Assembly (NCBI GenBank): GCA_043802485.1
Contig: JAZDKZ010000007.1
Span: forward strand, 50,457 to 114,456
DNA length: 64,000 bases
Direction: 5' to 3'
Source: Candidatus Aenigmatarchaeota archaeon
Lineage (GTDB): Archaea > Aenigmatarchaeota > Aenigmatarchaeia > Aenigmatarchaeales > Aenigmatarchaeaceae
The notes under the pieces: generated by a model
What the model was told of the DNA's origin: nothing
What the model saw: the letters and a program-made list of their open reading frames with translations, nothing else
Database searches by the model: none
Program-made: the position numbers and the translations under genes
Shown: positions 35,843 to 45,493 of the stretch, one piece after another
Layout of the letters: the number at the start of each line of letters is the position of its first letter
Position numbering within the stretch: position 1 is the first letter of the stretch

Positions 35843-37466
35843 CTTTTTTCTTTTTCAAGGCAGCCTTGACCAAACCGTCGAACATAGGAGAGGGCTTTGT
35901 GGGTCTTGACTTGAACTCTGGATGGGACTGTGTGGCAACAAAAAAGGGATGGTTCTCCAATTCCAGAAACTCCATGAGAATCCCATTAGGAGATATCCCG
36001 GAAAAAACAAGACCATTCTTCTCAAGAGCCTCGATATAGTCAGGGTTGACCTCGTACCTGTGCCTGTGCCTCTCGAAGATATTCTCGCTGCCGTAAAGGC
36101 TTTTCACTATTGTTCCTTCCTTTAGAAGAGCTGGATAAGAACCGAGACGCATGGTACCGCCGTACCGAGAGTCCTTTATTATGCTGGCCTGCTCTGGTAT
36201 AAAGTCTATGACAGGATATTCCGTATCAGGGTTGAACTCTGTAGAATCGGCACCATTCAGATTGCAGATGTTCCTGGCAAATTCAATAACAGCAAGCTGC
36301 ATGCCTAGGCACAGACCAAGGAAGGGTATCTTTTTCTCCCTTGCGTATTTTATCGAAAGTATCTTGCCCTCGATTCCAGACTTGCCGAAACCGCCCGGAA
36401 CTATCAGACAGTCAACATCGTCAAGAAACGAAAGTCTTTGAGAACTGTCCTCGAACTCTTTGGAGTCTATCCATAGAATATCAGACTTTACATTGTTGTT
36501 GAAGCAGGCGTGCTTGACAGCCTCTATGACAGAGATGTAAGAATCCTGCAGGTTAAAGTCGCCTATGTCAAAGTACTTGCCGACAATGCCTACTTTCAGT
36601 TTCTTTTCAAGGCCCTTGACTTTTCTGACAAACTCTCTCCATTCAGTCATGTCATTCTTCCTTGCTTTCAGACCAAGCTTTTCCAGCATCCTGTCTCCCA
36701 TGTTCTGCTCCTCAAGAACCAGCGGCACCTCATAAATGCAATCAACATCATGGTTAGATATTACGTCCTCCTTCTTTACATTGCAGAACATGGCTATCTT
36801 CTCTTTCCTGACATTGTCTACTCTGACCTCTGACCTGCCTATGATAAAGTCAGGTTGTATGCCAATCTCTAGCAGCTGCCTTGTAGACGTCTGGACCGGC
36901 TTGGTTTTCTGCTCGCCGACATTCCTCAGTATCGGCAGGTAGCTGACGTGGACAAAAAGAACATTGTCCCCATCTAGTTTCATCTGCCTTGCGGCCTCAA
37001 AATAGATTATGTTCTGATACTCGCCCACTGTCCCGCCTATCTCGACAAGAACGACATTAACCTTGGTGTCGTCAGCCACTTTCCTTATCCTCCTCTTCAC
37101 CTCATCCGTAACATGGGGTATCATCTCGACTGTCTTCCCCAGGTACTCGCCCTTCCTCTCCCTCTTTATTACCATTTCGTATATCTGGCCTGTTGTTATG
37201 TTCTGGCATTTGGGTATGTTGACGTCAAGGAACCTCTCATAGTTGCCCAGGTCCTGATCAATCTCACCGCCGTCTTCGGTAACCCACACCTCTCCGTGCT
37301 CTGTCGGCCTCAGCGTTCCGGCATCAACATTGAGATACGGATCTATCTTGATGGCTGTGACGGAAAAGCCTCTTGACTGGAGAAGCTTTCCCATAGAAGC
37401 TGTCGTGATGCCTTTGCCCAGACCGGAAAGAACGCCGCCAATCACAAAGATGAAACTACTGGGCAT
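35829..37466 (-). CDS. pyrG: CTP synthase
   Basis: N-terminal IFVIGGVLSGLGKGITTAS (P-loop of the synthase domain) and C-terminal class-I glutamine amidotransferase domain (GLCLGMQ, H-x-E). The stop codon overlaps the 3' end of tRNA-Phe on the opposite strand by about 14 nt. Confidence 0.9.
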   Translation of the reverse strand: MPSSFIFVIGGVLSGLGKGITTASMGKLLQSRGFSVTAIKIDPYLNVDAGTLRPTEHGEVWVTEDGGEIDQDLGNYERFLDVNIPKCQNITTGQIYEMVIKRERKGEYLGKTVEMIPHVTDEVKRRIRKVADDTKVNVVLVEIGGTVGEYQNIIYFEAARQMKLDGDNVLFVHVSYLPILRNVGEQKTKPVQTSTRQLLEIGIQPDFIIGRSEVRVDNVRKEKIAMFCNVKKEDVISNHDVDCIYEVPLVLEEQNMGDRMLEKLGLKARKNDMTEWREFVRKVKGLEKKLKVGIVGKYFDIGDFNLQDSYISVIEAVKHACFNNNVKSDILWIDSKEFEDSSQRLSFLDDVDCLIVPGGFGKSGIEGKILSIKYAREKKIPFLGLCLGMQLAVIEFARNICNLNGADSTEFNPDTEYPVIDFIPEQASIIKDSRYGGTMRLGSYPALLKEGTIVKSLYGSENIFERHRHRYEVNPDYIEALEKNGLVFSGISPNGILMEFLELENHPFFVATQSHPEFKSRPTKPSPMFDGLVKAALKKKKVGQA

Positions 37467-37532
37467 AATATATTATGTAATCAGAAAAACTTAAAGGTAT
37501 TTAAATTTAAGATGTGAAATATTTTTGATTAT

Positions 37533-38162
37533 ATGGGATTGAAGGAATTCAACTCACTCGTATTGGACGAAAATTACAAGCCTAACATAGAAAACAGTAC
37601 AACGTACAGATTAGAGGAATTAGATTCTCTGACGTTGGATGAGAAACACAAACCCGACATAGAAGGCAGTACAACGGATGGTCTGAAAGAAATAGCTCTT
37701 TTAGGGTATAATGACAAGTGGATATACGTATACAAACTGGATAATTTCATCGATGTTTTCTCTGATATTTTCCAATGCCGTTTCAGCGATTACGATCCAA
37801 GACCAGATAGCATGATGCATGAAAAGTACAAAAAAATGGAGCGCGGCAGCGACTTGCAGTTTAGGATGCTGTTCAAAGAAGGAAAGCACAGGATAAACTG
37901 CCTTGAAATGGGCTTGTTGCCCGAATATGTCGAGATAAAAGACGAAAAGCGTAGAGTGAACATAGCCGGCTGGCCTGTTAAGAGAAAGATGTACAGCGGT
38001 TCGCTCAACAAAAGAGAACCAGAAGAAATAGATTTGTTAACTTTAATCTCGAATTATCTGGGTGCTGTAAACCAGAAAGAAGTTCTAGAGAGGCTAGATA
38101 AGCACATGAAAGAAGAGTGGCAAAAGCTTCATGGAAACAAAAAACCGATCTACAGGGTATAG
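37533..38162 (+). CDS. Hypothetical protein with an N-terminal tandem about 22-aa repeat
   Basis: LVLDENYKPNIENSTTYRLEELDS / LTLDEKHKPDIEGSTTDGLKEIAL duplicated at DNA level (about 66-nt units). Confidence 0.4.
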   Translation: MGLKEFNSLVLDENYKPNIENSTTYRLEELDSLTLDEKHKPDIEGSTTDGLKEIALLGYNDKWIYVYKLDNFIDVFSDIFQCRFSDYDPRPDSMMHEKYKKMERGSDLQFRMLFKEGKHRINCLEMGLLPEYVEIKDEKRRVNIAGWPVKRKMYSGSLNKREPEEIDLLTLISNYLGAVNQKEVLERLDKHMKEEWQKLHGNKKPIYRV

Positions 38163-38193
38163 ACTTTTTAACATACTTGACCAATTATCTATT

Positions 38194-38742
38194 ATGTTTC
38201 TTCGTATAGTGCCGGTAAGCATTATACCACAAAGGGTTCTGGACATGGTACAAAGCGAGATTGAAACCGTCCTCAGGATAAAGTGCAGGATAATGCCAAA
38301 GCTGGCCATACCAGAGGATTCTTTCAACAGGTGGAGGAAGCAGCACAACGCCGGAACTATCCTAACCAAGCTATCTAGCGAGTCAGCAGTAAAGTTCATA
38401 GACAAGAGCATACCGACTGTGATGTTGATAGACTCTGACCTTTACTATGAAGGGCTGAACTTTGTCTTCAGCCTTGAGAACCCGACCATCAGCTGCTTTA
38501 TCGTTTCGATAGCAAGGATGAGACCAGAGTTCTACGATGAAAAGCCTGATATTAACTTGCTGGCCGAACGAGCCACGAAGGAGGTCATCCATGAGATAGG
38601 GCATCACCTAGGATTGAGGCACTGCACCAACATGGAATGCGTGATGTGCTTCTCGCCTTCGGTGGGCGACATCGACGCAAAGCAAAAGTATTTTTGCGAG
38701 AGCTGCAAGATTAGCCTGATGACAATGGGAGTGAGATTGTGA
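38194..38742 (+). CDS. amzA: Archaemetzincin (AmzA-type zinc metalloprotease)
   Basis: HEIGHHLGLRHC...C...CVMC...CESC matches the archaemetzincin HExxHxxGxxHC plus CxxC signature. Start moved to ATG 38194 to avoid overlap with the upstream gene. Confidence 0.7.
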   Translation: MFLRIVPVSIIPQRVLDMVQSEIETVLRIKCRIMPKLAIPEDSFNRWRKQHNAGTILTKLSSESAVKFIDKSIPTVMLIDSDLYYEGLNFVFSLENPTISCFIVSIARMRPEFYDEKPDINLLAERATKEVIHEIGHHLGLRHCTNMECVMCFSPSVGDIDAKQKYFCESCKISLMTMGVRL

Positions 38743-38778
38743 TACCAATTTTAAATAGTGTAAAAATATAGTGATTAT

Positions 38779-39327
38779 ATGCCCAAGAAAACAGTCAAAG
38801 CAGAACTGCAGGACAACAGAGCTGTGATATGGAACAGGGACGATGCCAACCGTCTATTCAATGAAGGCTGGTATGGCGAACTGTTCGATGACCGCTTGGA
38901 GCTTTCTCTTGTCGAAGCAACCTTCCTTCTAGATAAGGATAAGATCGATATCAAGAAGGACGGGAAGAAGGTCATGCTCAAGAGCATATACAAGCATGCC
39001 CAGAAGATAGACCCTAGATTTGTCATACGCTACACTGTCTACAAGGACATGAGGGAAAGGGGCCTGCCTGTGAGGACAGGCTTCAAGTTCGGCTGCGATT
39101 TTCGAGTATACGAGAGGGGCGTCGCTCCTGTGAAGAAGGGGCCGAAAGCGCCGCACGAGCACACGAAATGGATAGTGTTCTGCGTGCCAGAGGATTACGC
39201 ATGCTCCTTCCAGGAGCTGTCAAGAGCTGTTCGGCTTGCCCATAACATAAGGTCCAGCATGCTCTGGGCCATAGTCGACAACGAGAATGATGTTACCTAT
39301 TACAACATCAATTACCTTAGCCCGTGA
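38779..39327 (+). CDS. endA: tRNA-splicing endonuclease (EndA), short homo-oligomeric-type subunit (182 aa)
   Basis: N-domain AVIWNRDDANRLFNEGWYGEL...LELSLVEATFLL and catalytic C-domain GFKFGCDFRVYERG...HEHTKWIVFCV (Tyr/His/Lys triad region) match archaeal EndA. Confidence 0.7.
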   Translation: MPKKTVKAELQDNRAVIWNRDDANRLFNEGWYGELFDDRLELSLVEATFLLDKDKIDIKKDGKKVMLKSIYKHAQKIDPRFVIRYTVYKDMRERGLPVRTGFKFGCDFRVYERGVAPVKKGPKAPHEHTKWIVFCVPEDYACSFQELSRAVRLAHNIRSSMLWAIVDNENDVTYYNINYLSP

Positions 39328-40472
39328 TCATGATGAAAGTAAAAGATATAATGTCAACCGACATAGCGTACGTTTCTCCGGAGGACAACGTGTCAAGCGT
39401 CATCTCCCTGATAGAGAAGAACTGCTTCAGAGAGATATTGGTCTTGGAGGACAACAAACTGAAGGGAATCGTCTACTCCAAGGAAATAGCAAACAAGGGT
39501 ATAAACGACCCGTCGAGGATAAAAGTCAGGACGATAATGGGCCACATGCCAGCAACATTGAAAGCAGACCATGAAGCCGACGAGGCAGCAAAACTTATTC
39601 TGAGAACAGGCCTCAGGGCATTGCCTGTGCTAGAGAACCAAAAGGTAGTGGGCGTGGTGTCCATGCACGATATCGTGGATATGGCAGCAAAGGGAAAGGC
39701 TTTCAGGCAGACAAAGGCAGAGGCAGTAATGTCAACTGCAGTGATAGTCGGCGAAGAGGATGATATGGGGACTGTAAGGCTCCTGATGAGAGAAAAGAAC
39801 ATATCAAGGATACCTGTTGTTGACGGGAAGAAGAAGCTTTCAGGCGTTGTAACGATATTCGATCTGCTAAAGGCAGTGAAGCCAAAGGAAAGGATGACCT
39901 TCTATTCGATGGCAGCAGAAAAGGTGACTGTTATGGGTATTCCTCTGTCTGTTGTTATGAACAAGCATCCGACAACAGTTGAAAAGAAAAATCCTCTGAA
40001 CGATGCTGTCAGTCTCATGAGAAAGTATGAAACAGACGGCGTGATTGTCGTTGAGGACAATGTTCCAATAGGCGTTGTGACAGAAAAGGACCTTTTGGAA
40101 TTCTATGTTTCAGGCTTGAAGCAGAAAGGCATGAACTACCAGATAAGCGGCCTTGTGGACGAGGATGATTTCGTCGTGAACACGGTGGACAGGATGATAA
40201 GAGACAGCTTGCAAAAACTGTCCAAGATGGTGAGGGCAGAGTTCTTCTTCCTGCACGTCAAGCGATACGACAAGGGTGGCAGGATAAAGTACTCGATAAG
40301 AACAAGGCTGAGGGCAGAAAAAGGCTTCTATGTATCAAAGGCGTATTCGTGGGACCTAAGATCGGCTGTGGACGAGGCGATGGACAAGCTGGATAAAATA
40401 GTGATAAAGAACAAGAAAACCAAGAGAGACAGATTAAAAGAAATGTTAAGGTTTAAGAAGTTGCTAAGATAA
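39324..40472 (+). CDS. Four CBS domains fused to a C-terminal ribosome-hibernation-factor (HPF/RaiA, S30AE)-like domain
   Basis: Four CBS repeats (..VSPEDNVSSVISLI..; ..PATLKADHEADEAAKLIL..; ..TAVIVGEEDDMGTVRLLM..; ..HPTTVEKKNPLNDAVSLM..). C-terminal 90 aa FFFLHVKRYDKGGRIKYSIRTRLRAEKGFYVSKAYSWDLRSAVDEAMDKLDKIVIKNKK align to HPF ([53 protein letters not shown]). Confidence 0.6.
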   Translation: MIMMKVKDIMSTDIAYVSPEDNVSSVISLIEKNCFREILVLEDNKLKGIVYSKEIANKGINDPSRIKVRTIMGHMPATLKADHEADEAAKLILRTGLRALPVLENQKVVGVVSMHDIVDMAAKGKAFRQTKAEAVMSTAVIVGEEDDMGTVRLLMREKNISRIPVVDGKKKLSGVVTIFDLLKAVKPKERMTFYSMAAEKVTVMGIPLSVVMNKHPTTVEKKNPLNDAVSLMRKYETDGVIVVEDNVPIGVVTEKDLLEFYVSGLKQKGMNYQISGLVDEDDFVVNTVDRMIRDSLQKLSKMVRAEFFFLHVKRYDKGGRIKYSIRTRLRAEKGFYVSKAYSWDLRSAVDEAMDKLDKIVIKNKKTKRDRLKEMLRFKKLLR

Positions 40473-40624
40473 GATATAGAAAGGTGAATTCTATTCAAGT
40501 TATCTGCGATCGTTGCAAAAAGTCAGTCAAGGAAGTCGGAAGGCTTACGAACGTCAAGTGGAAGGGCGTGAACCAGAAGATTTGCAAGTTCTGCAGAAGG
40601 AAGCTAAAGATTAGAGTAAGATGA

Positions 40625-41242
40625 TTACATCCAGTCTTCTTCCCATTCTTCCATTCTGTCTTCATCAATGACAGGCGTTTTTCTTCTTTTGATTATGTGC
40701 TCTCCGTACTTTTCTCTCAGCTTTAGACCCACAATCAGACCGAATGCGAGTCCAAAAAGGTGAGCAGCATTTGCAACACCTGACGGAGCGAAAAACCCGA
40801 TTATATCACCAATGGCCCAAAGGACAACAGCAACAGCCATAGGCATAGGAATATATGAAACGTATACAGTCATTCTTGATCTCAAAACACCAAGTGCTCC
40901 CAGAACACCAAATATTGCTCCCGAAGCTCCTATTGATGCAGCATAGAAAGGAATAGTTCCCAGTCCGGCTATTACTCCTGAGACAAAGTATAGAATTAGG
41001 AATTTCTTTCCGCCTATCACCTTCTCAAGCACCGAACCGAACAGACCTAGCGCAAACATGTTGTAGAAAAGGTGCTCAAAACCTCCGTGAAGGAACATAC
41101 TTGTTATTAATGTCCATGGTCTTGCGAAAACGTCAGCAGAGACAAGAGCATATTCATCTGTTATTGATGGGTAAGCAAGCTGGAAGATGAAGACGATTAC
41201 ACAAATCGCTACCAGTTGAAAGGCAAACCATCTGTATTTCAT
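40625..41242 (-). CDS. Rhomboid-family intramembrane serine protease
   Basis: HGGFEHLFYNM (L1/TM2), catalytic GASGAIFG (GxSG) in TM4 and H in AAHLFGLAFG (TM6); 6 TM. Confidence 0.75.
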   Translation of the reverse strand: MKYRWFAFQLVAICVIVFIFQLAYPSITDEYALVSADVFARPWTLITSMFLHGGFEHLFYNMFALGLFGSVLEKVIGGKKFLILYFVSGVIAGLGTIPFYAASIGASGAIFGVLGALGVLRSRMTVYVSYIPMPMAVAVVLWAIGDIIGFFAPSGVANAAHLFGLAFGLIVGLKLREKYGEHIIKRRKTPVIDEDRMEEWEEDWM

Positions 41243-41247
41243 AAAAA

Positions 41248-42726
41248 TTATTCTATTTTATTAGAAATGAACTTTTCCAGATCATCTATTTTAACCCTTT
41301 GCTGCTCTGTGGTGTCCCTGTCCCTGACTGTAACGGTGCTGTCATCCATAGTGTCATAGTCGATGGTGACGCAGAACGGCGTTCCTATCTCGTCTGCCCT
41401 GGCATATCTCCTGCCTATCGAGCCAGACGGATCGAAGAAAACGTCGAAACTCTTCTTTAACATTTCAGAAACTTCCCTTGACTTTTCCTGCAAGCCGTCC
41501 TTCTTCACCAACGGGAATACACAAACAGTGTAAGGAGCTATCCTTGCAGGGAACTTGAACCAGTCCCATCCTCTTTCCTTATCCTCTACAAAACAATTCA
41601 AAAGTATTCCATAAATTGTTCTCTCAAGACCAAAACTCGGCTCTATAACATGCGGTAGAACCTTCTCATTGTCGTCCATTATGGTCATGTCCTTTCCCGA
41701 GCTTTGTGAATGGTTCTTCAAATCATAATCAGTCCTGTAAGCATTACCAACAGTCTCCTTCCAGCCAATGTCAAGCTTTATCTCCAAGTCAAAGTTGCCT
41801 TTCGAATAATGCGGGGTTTCCTCCGGCGTCATGTGCCTGTGTCTCAATGCTTCGAAAGGTATTCCCAATTTCTGGTAGAATATCATCTGCTTTGCCATAA
41901 AGTAAGCCATCCACTTGTTCGGAACGATTCCTTTGTCTACAGCTTCAGCGGCCGTCATCTCTTCTATGTCACCTTTTTTCTTCTGCGCTTCCTGTGTCAT
42001 CATCCTCAGCTTTTCTTTAGAAACTTTACCAAATTTGGAACAGTCGTTCATTTTTTTTGGATTGATGAACATCTCTATCTCCATCTGGTTAAACTCTCTA
42101 ACGCGAATAATCCACTGCCTGGGTGATATCTCGTTCCTGTAAGAAGTTCCCATCTGGGCAATGCCAAAAGGCAGCTTGGATCTGGCAGACCTAGCAATGA
42201 AGCTGAAATTAGTAAATATTCCCTGCGCTGTCTCCGGCCTTAGGTAAGCAATGTTGCCTTCCACCGGGCCGACGGTTGTCTTGAGCATTAGGTTGAATAC
42301 TTTGGCATCATCCAGCTCTCCCTTGCACTTGGGGCATCTGACATTGTTCTCCTTGATGACCTTTGTCAATTCTTCCGTAATCATGCCCTCGACGAACTTT
42401 CCTGTCTTTTCCTCTATAAGGGTGTCCGTCCTGAACATGCCCTTGCATTTTTTACATTGCGTCAGAGGATCAACAAAACTGTCCAGATGTCCCGATGCCC
42501 TGAACACAGACTCTGGAGCTATTGTTGTGGACTTTATCTCAATTATGTCGTCCTGCTTCAGGAAGAACTCTCTCCAGAAATTTTCTATCTTCGTCTTCAG
42601 CTTGAAACCAAGATGACCGAAATCGTAGAATCCTGAAAGGCCTCCGTATATCTCTGCCGACGGATAGATGAATCCTCGCATCTTTGCTATCTGCTCTATC
42701 TTTTCTATGTTGGCCATACAAATCAT
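41248..42726 (-). CDS. glyS: Glycyl-tRNA synthetase (archaeal/eukaryal alpha2 type)
   Basis: RGFIYPSAEIYGGLSGFYDFGHLG...RASGHLDSF is the GlyRS N-terminal signature; class II motifs 2 and 3; 492 aa. Confidence 0.8.
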   Translation of the reverse strand: MICMANIEKIEQIAKMRGFIYPSAEIYGGLSGFYDFGHLGFKLKTKIENFWREFFLKQDDIIEIKSTTIAPESVFRASGHLDSFVDPLTQCKKCKGMFRTDTLIEEKTGKFVEGMITEELTKVIKENNVRCPKCKGELDDAKVFNLMLKTTVGPVEGNIAYLRPETAQGIFTNFSFIARSARSKLPFGIAQMGTSYRNEISPRQWIIRVREFNQMEIEMFINPKKMNDCSKFGKVSKEKLRMMTQEAQKKKGDIEEMTAAEAVDKGIVPNKWMAYFMAKQMIFYQKLGIPFEALRHRHMTPEETPHYSKGNFDLEIKLDIGWKETVGNAYRTDYDLKNHSQSSGKDMTIMDDNEKVLPHVIEPSFGLERTIYGILLNCFVEDKERGWDWFKFPARIAPYTVCVFPLVKKDGLQEKSREVSEMLKKSFDVFFDPSGSIGRRYARADEIGTPFCVTIDYDTMDDSTVTVRDRDTTEQQRVKIDDLEKFISNKIE

Positions 42727-42767
42727 TAGTTATTTTGATTTATATCTATATTTAGAAAAAGTATTTA

Positions 42768-43361
42768 TTATTCTTCCATGAACAGCCTGATGCCTATACA
42801 GTCGCTAGAAAGGGGCGGCGTCATGTAAGCAGCATATACCTTGCTATCCTTGTCGAAAGAATAGCCTCTGACGATAGCGGCCCTGTCGTGCTGATCCCTG
42901 TTTATTCCCAACCAGTGCATGTTCCCGTTATTCCTCTGCGGCAGGGAATTAAGAATCCTCAAAGGGCCTTGAAAGTCATACTCTCTCTTGTTGTCAACTT
43001 TCCTCACTTCAGGATTAGTCATAAGAAAGCTGCCGTCAAGATATTCAGCCTTCCATTCGAAAGGGAACGACAGGGCGATTCGCCTGAATTTGTCATCTAA
43101 ATTCCTAAAAGCCATGTAATCCTCTCTAAGCGTCGGCAGTCTTATCTTGGTTCCGTTATTACTCAATTTCTTTGTTAACAGTTGGGCTTCGGCATAGTTG
43201 AGACATGTGACAGCAAACCCGTCGAAATACCTTAATTTATCCGGCGCTATCCTGCCATCAAGTCCGTCCACCTTTAGGAACTTATCAAAATCCAGCGGCT
43301 CAAGCTTTGAAATTGTCTTTTCAATCTTGCTCTTCCTGAAGAACATGATAATAGTAATCAT
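42768..43361 (-). CDS. Hypothetical protein (197 aa)
   Basis: No motif; soluble. Confidence 0.35.
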   Translation of the reverse strand: MITIIMFFRKSKIEKTISKLEPLDFDKFLKVDGLDGRIAPDKLRYFDGFAVTCLNYAEAQLLTKKLSNNGTKIRLPTLREDYMAFRNLDDKFRRIALSFPFEWKAEYLDGSFLMTNPEVRKVDNKREYDFQGPLRILNSLPQRNNGNMHWLGINRDQHDRAAIVRGYSFDKDSKVYAAYMTPPLSSDCIGIRLFMEE

Positions 43362-43377
43362 GACAGAAGCATCTAGA

Positions 43378-44547
43378 TTATTTCCTACTTGGGGTGGTCA
43401 AAAGGGAAATAACTGAAAAGGCAATCACTATCAAACCGAAAGTTACAAAGCCCCAAGTAAGGTCCCCTACCTGGGAAACCAAACCGAAAACAGCTATCAG
43501 GCCTATGGCCAATCCCTCTGACAGGAAGGACTTTATCGACATTATAGTGGCTCTCTGGTGCGTCCTGATCTCTCTCTGAAGCTTGGCATCGGAGAAAACC
43601 AGACCAACAGAAGTGAAGAAGAATGCCAGAATGAAGAAAGGCATGAGCAGTAGTGTCTTGAAAGAAACTGATATGATAAGGAAGATTCCTGAAAGCGATG
43701 ACAGGATGTAGATGAAGTCGACATTATCAAAGCGCTTCTTGAACTTGTAGGCAAACCTGCTGCCTATAGCATCGACAGCTATTATTGTCACGGCAGCAAC
43801 ACCGAAGAAGGAGACAGGTATATCCAGCCAGCTGAAATAAAGCTGCTCATACTCGTTAAGGGTTCCTATGAAAGAAAACACAACAACAGAATAGAACACC
43901 ATCCTCATCAAAGTTCTGTTGTTTAAGGATGCCTTCACTGCTCTCTTTATCAGTTGGAAATATTTCAGCTCCTCGCTAGGCGTCTTCTTTGCCCTTATCT
44001 CCCTGAACGAAAGCACAGGCACTATCGCAGCCAGCATCATCAATGAAGAAAGTATCAGCACCAGATCAAAGCTGTAGGAAGCAATGAAACCTCCTAAAAG
44101 TACAGAAGTTCCTATAGCCAAGTTAGAATAAAACCTTGCCCGACCAATAACCTTTTCGTATGAGCCGGTCTTTCTGAATATCCTGAGGTTGTCGAAAAGT
44201 AGGGCCTCTTGAGTACCTGAATAAAACGCACTGCCCAAGCCCCAGCAAACAAAGCCTAAAGCGAACATAACGAAATTGTTGGCAAAAATCCAGATGCCGA
44301 AACCAACAGCCTTTGATATCAAACCTAGGATGAGCATATACTTCCTGTTCCATTTGTCCGCAAGCGCTCCGGACGGAACCTCGAAAACAAGGGTGAAACC
44401 GCTCCATATAGCAAGCAGCATGGATATGTCCATCAGGGTCAGGCCTGCCATCTTGAAAAGCAGGACATAGACTGCATAGATGAAGGCAAACTCCTTGAGA
44501 AACCTGTAAGCATAATAGTTCCTGATAAATTTCTTGTATTTGGGCAT
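43378..44547 (-). CDS. MFS-type transporter (12 TM)
   Basis: Two 6-TM halves, with GRARFYSN/ADKWNRKYM-type loop motifs between TM2-3 and TM8-9. Confidence 0.6.
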   Translation of the reverse strand: MPKYKKFIRNYYAYRFLKEFAFIYAVYVLLFKMAGLTLMDISMLLAIWSGFTLVFEVPSGALADKWNRKYMLILGLISKAVGFGIWIFANNFVMFALGFVCWGLGSAFYSGTQEALLFDNLRIFRKTGSYEKVIGRARFYSNLAIGTSVLLGGFIASYSFDLVLILSSLMMLAAIVPVLSFREIRAKKTPSEELKYFQLIKRAVKASLNNRTLMRMVFYSVVVFSFIGTLNEYEQLYFSWLDIPVSFFGVAAVTIIAVDAIGSRFAYKFKKRFDNVDFIYILSSLSGIFLIISVSFKTLLLMPFFILAFFFTSVGLVFSDAKLQREIRTHQRATIMSIKSFLSEGLAIGLIAVFGLVSQVGDLTWGFVTFGLIVIAFSVISLLTTPSRK

Positions 44548-44627
44548 ATAGCTAGAAGTTGGAATTTCTGGCTTAAATCAATATCATAGTGGTAAAACAT
44601 TAAATAAAATATAGACGAATATCTATT

Positions 44628-45437
44628 ATGAGCCTTTTTGTCAATCCTTCAGTTCTAGAGCAAACATTCCTGCCAAAGCTTCTTCCCTTTAGGGAGGGGC
44701 AGCACAAGTACCTGGCAGAGTGCATCAAGCCCTTGTTCGAGAGGAGGAGCGGCAGCAACCTGATGATATCAGGCCCTTCTGGCATAGGCAAGACTGCTTG
44801 TACAAAATACATACTAAGGGAACTACTGGAAGAGACGGACAACATAATGCCGATATACATCAACTGCTGGAAGCGTGATACAAGTCCAAAAATAATAAAC
44901 GAGATAGCCAAGAAGATGGACATCAAGCTCATCGAAAAGACTTCATCAGACGAAATATTCGACAGGATAATAGAAAAGCTCAGCAAGTATGATGGCGTGG
45001 TGTTCGCCTTCGACGAGCTGGACAAGGTAAAGGACTTTGACTTTCTCTACAGGATACTGGAAGACGTCCCCTACAAGACCATGTTCCTGATAACCAACAT
45101 AAAAGACATTGTCACAAAGATGGACAGCCGACTGCTCTCGAGGATGCTCCTGGAGAAAGTTGAGTTCAAACCGTACAACTTTGAGGAGACACGCCAGATA
45201 CTGTTTGAAAGGCAGAAGTACGCCTTCTCTCCAGATTCTTGGGACTATGACGCTTCTGAAATTATAATGAGAAAGGCCTACGAGGCAAAGGATATCAGGA
45301 CAGGACTGTTCCTGATGAAGACCGCCGGCGAGCTGGCTAACAAAGAGAACGCACCCAAGATAGTCATGAAACATGTTGACAAGGCGATGGAGAAGATTGA
45401 CGACGTCGGCAAGTCCAAGCTCGGCAACTTTATCTAG
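44628..45437 (+). CDS. Orc1/Cdc6-family AAA+ module without the C-terminal winged-helix domain (269 aa)
   Basis: LPFREGQHKYLAECIKPLFERRSGSNLMISGPSGIGKTA (Walker A), FAFDELD (Walker B), sensor motifs. Ends right after the lid domain. Confidence 0.6.
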   Translation: MSLFVNPSVLEQTFLPKLLPFREGQHKYLAECIKPLFERRSGSNLMISGPSGIGKTACTKYILRELLEETDNIMPIYINCWKRDTSPKIINEIAKKMDIKLIEKTSSDEIFDRIIEKLSKYDGVVFAFDELDKVKDFDFLYRILEDVPYKTMFLITNIKDIVTKMDSRLLSRMLLEKVEFKPYNFEETRQILFERQKYAFSPDSWDYDASEIIMRKAYEAKDIRTGLFLMKTAGELANKENAPKIVMKHVDKAMEKIDDVGKSKLGNFI

Positions 45438-45493
45438 TCTTCAAAATTCAAGCTTAAATCTTTAATGTTTCTATTATTTAACAGCGTGTTGTT

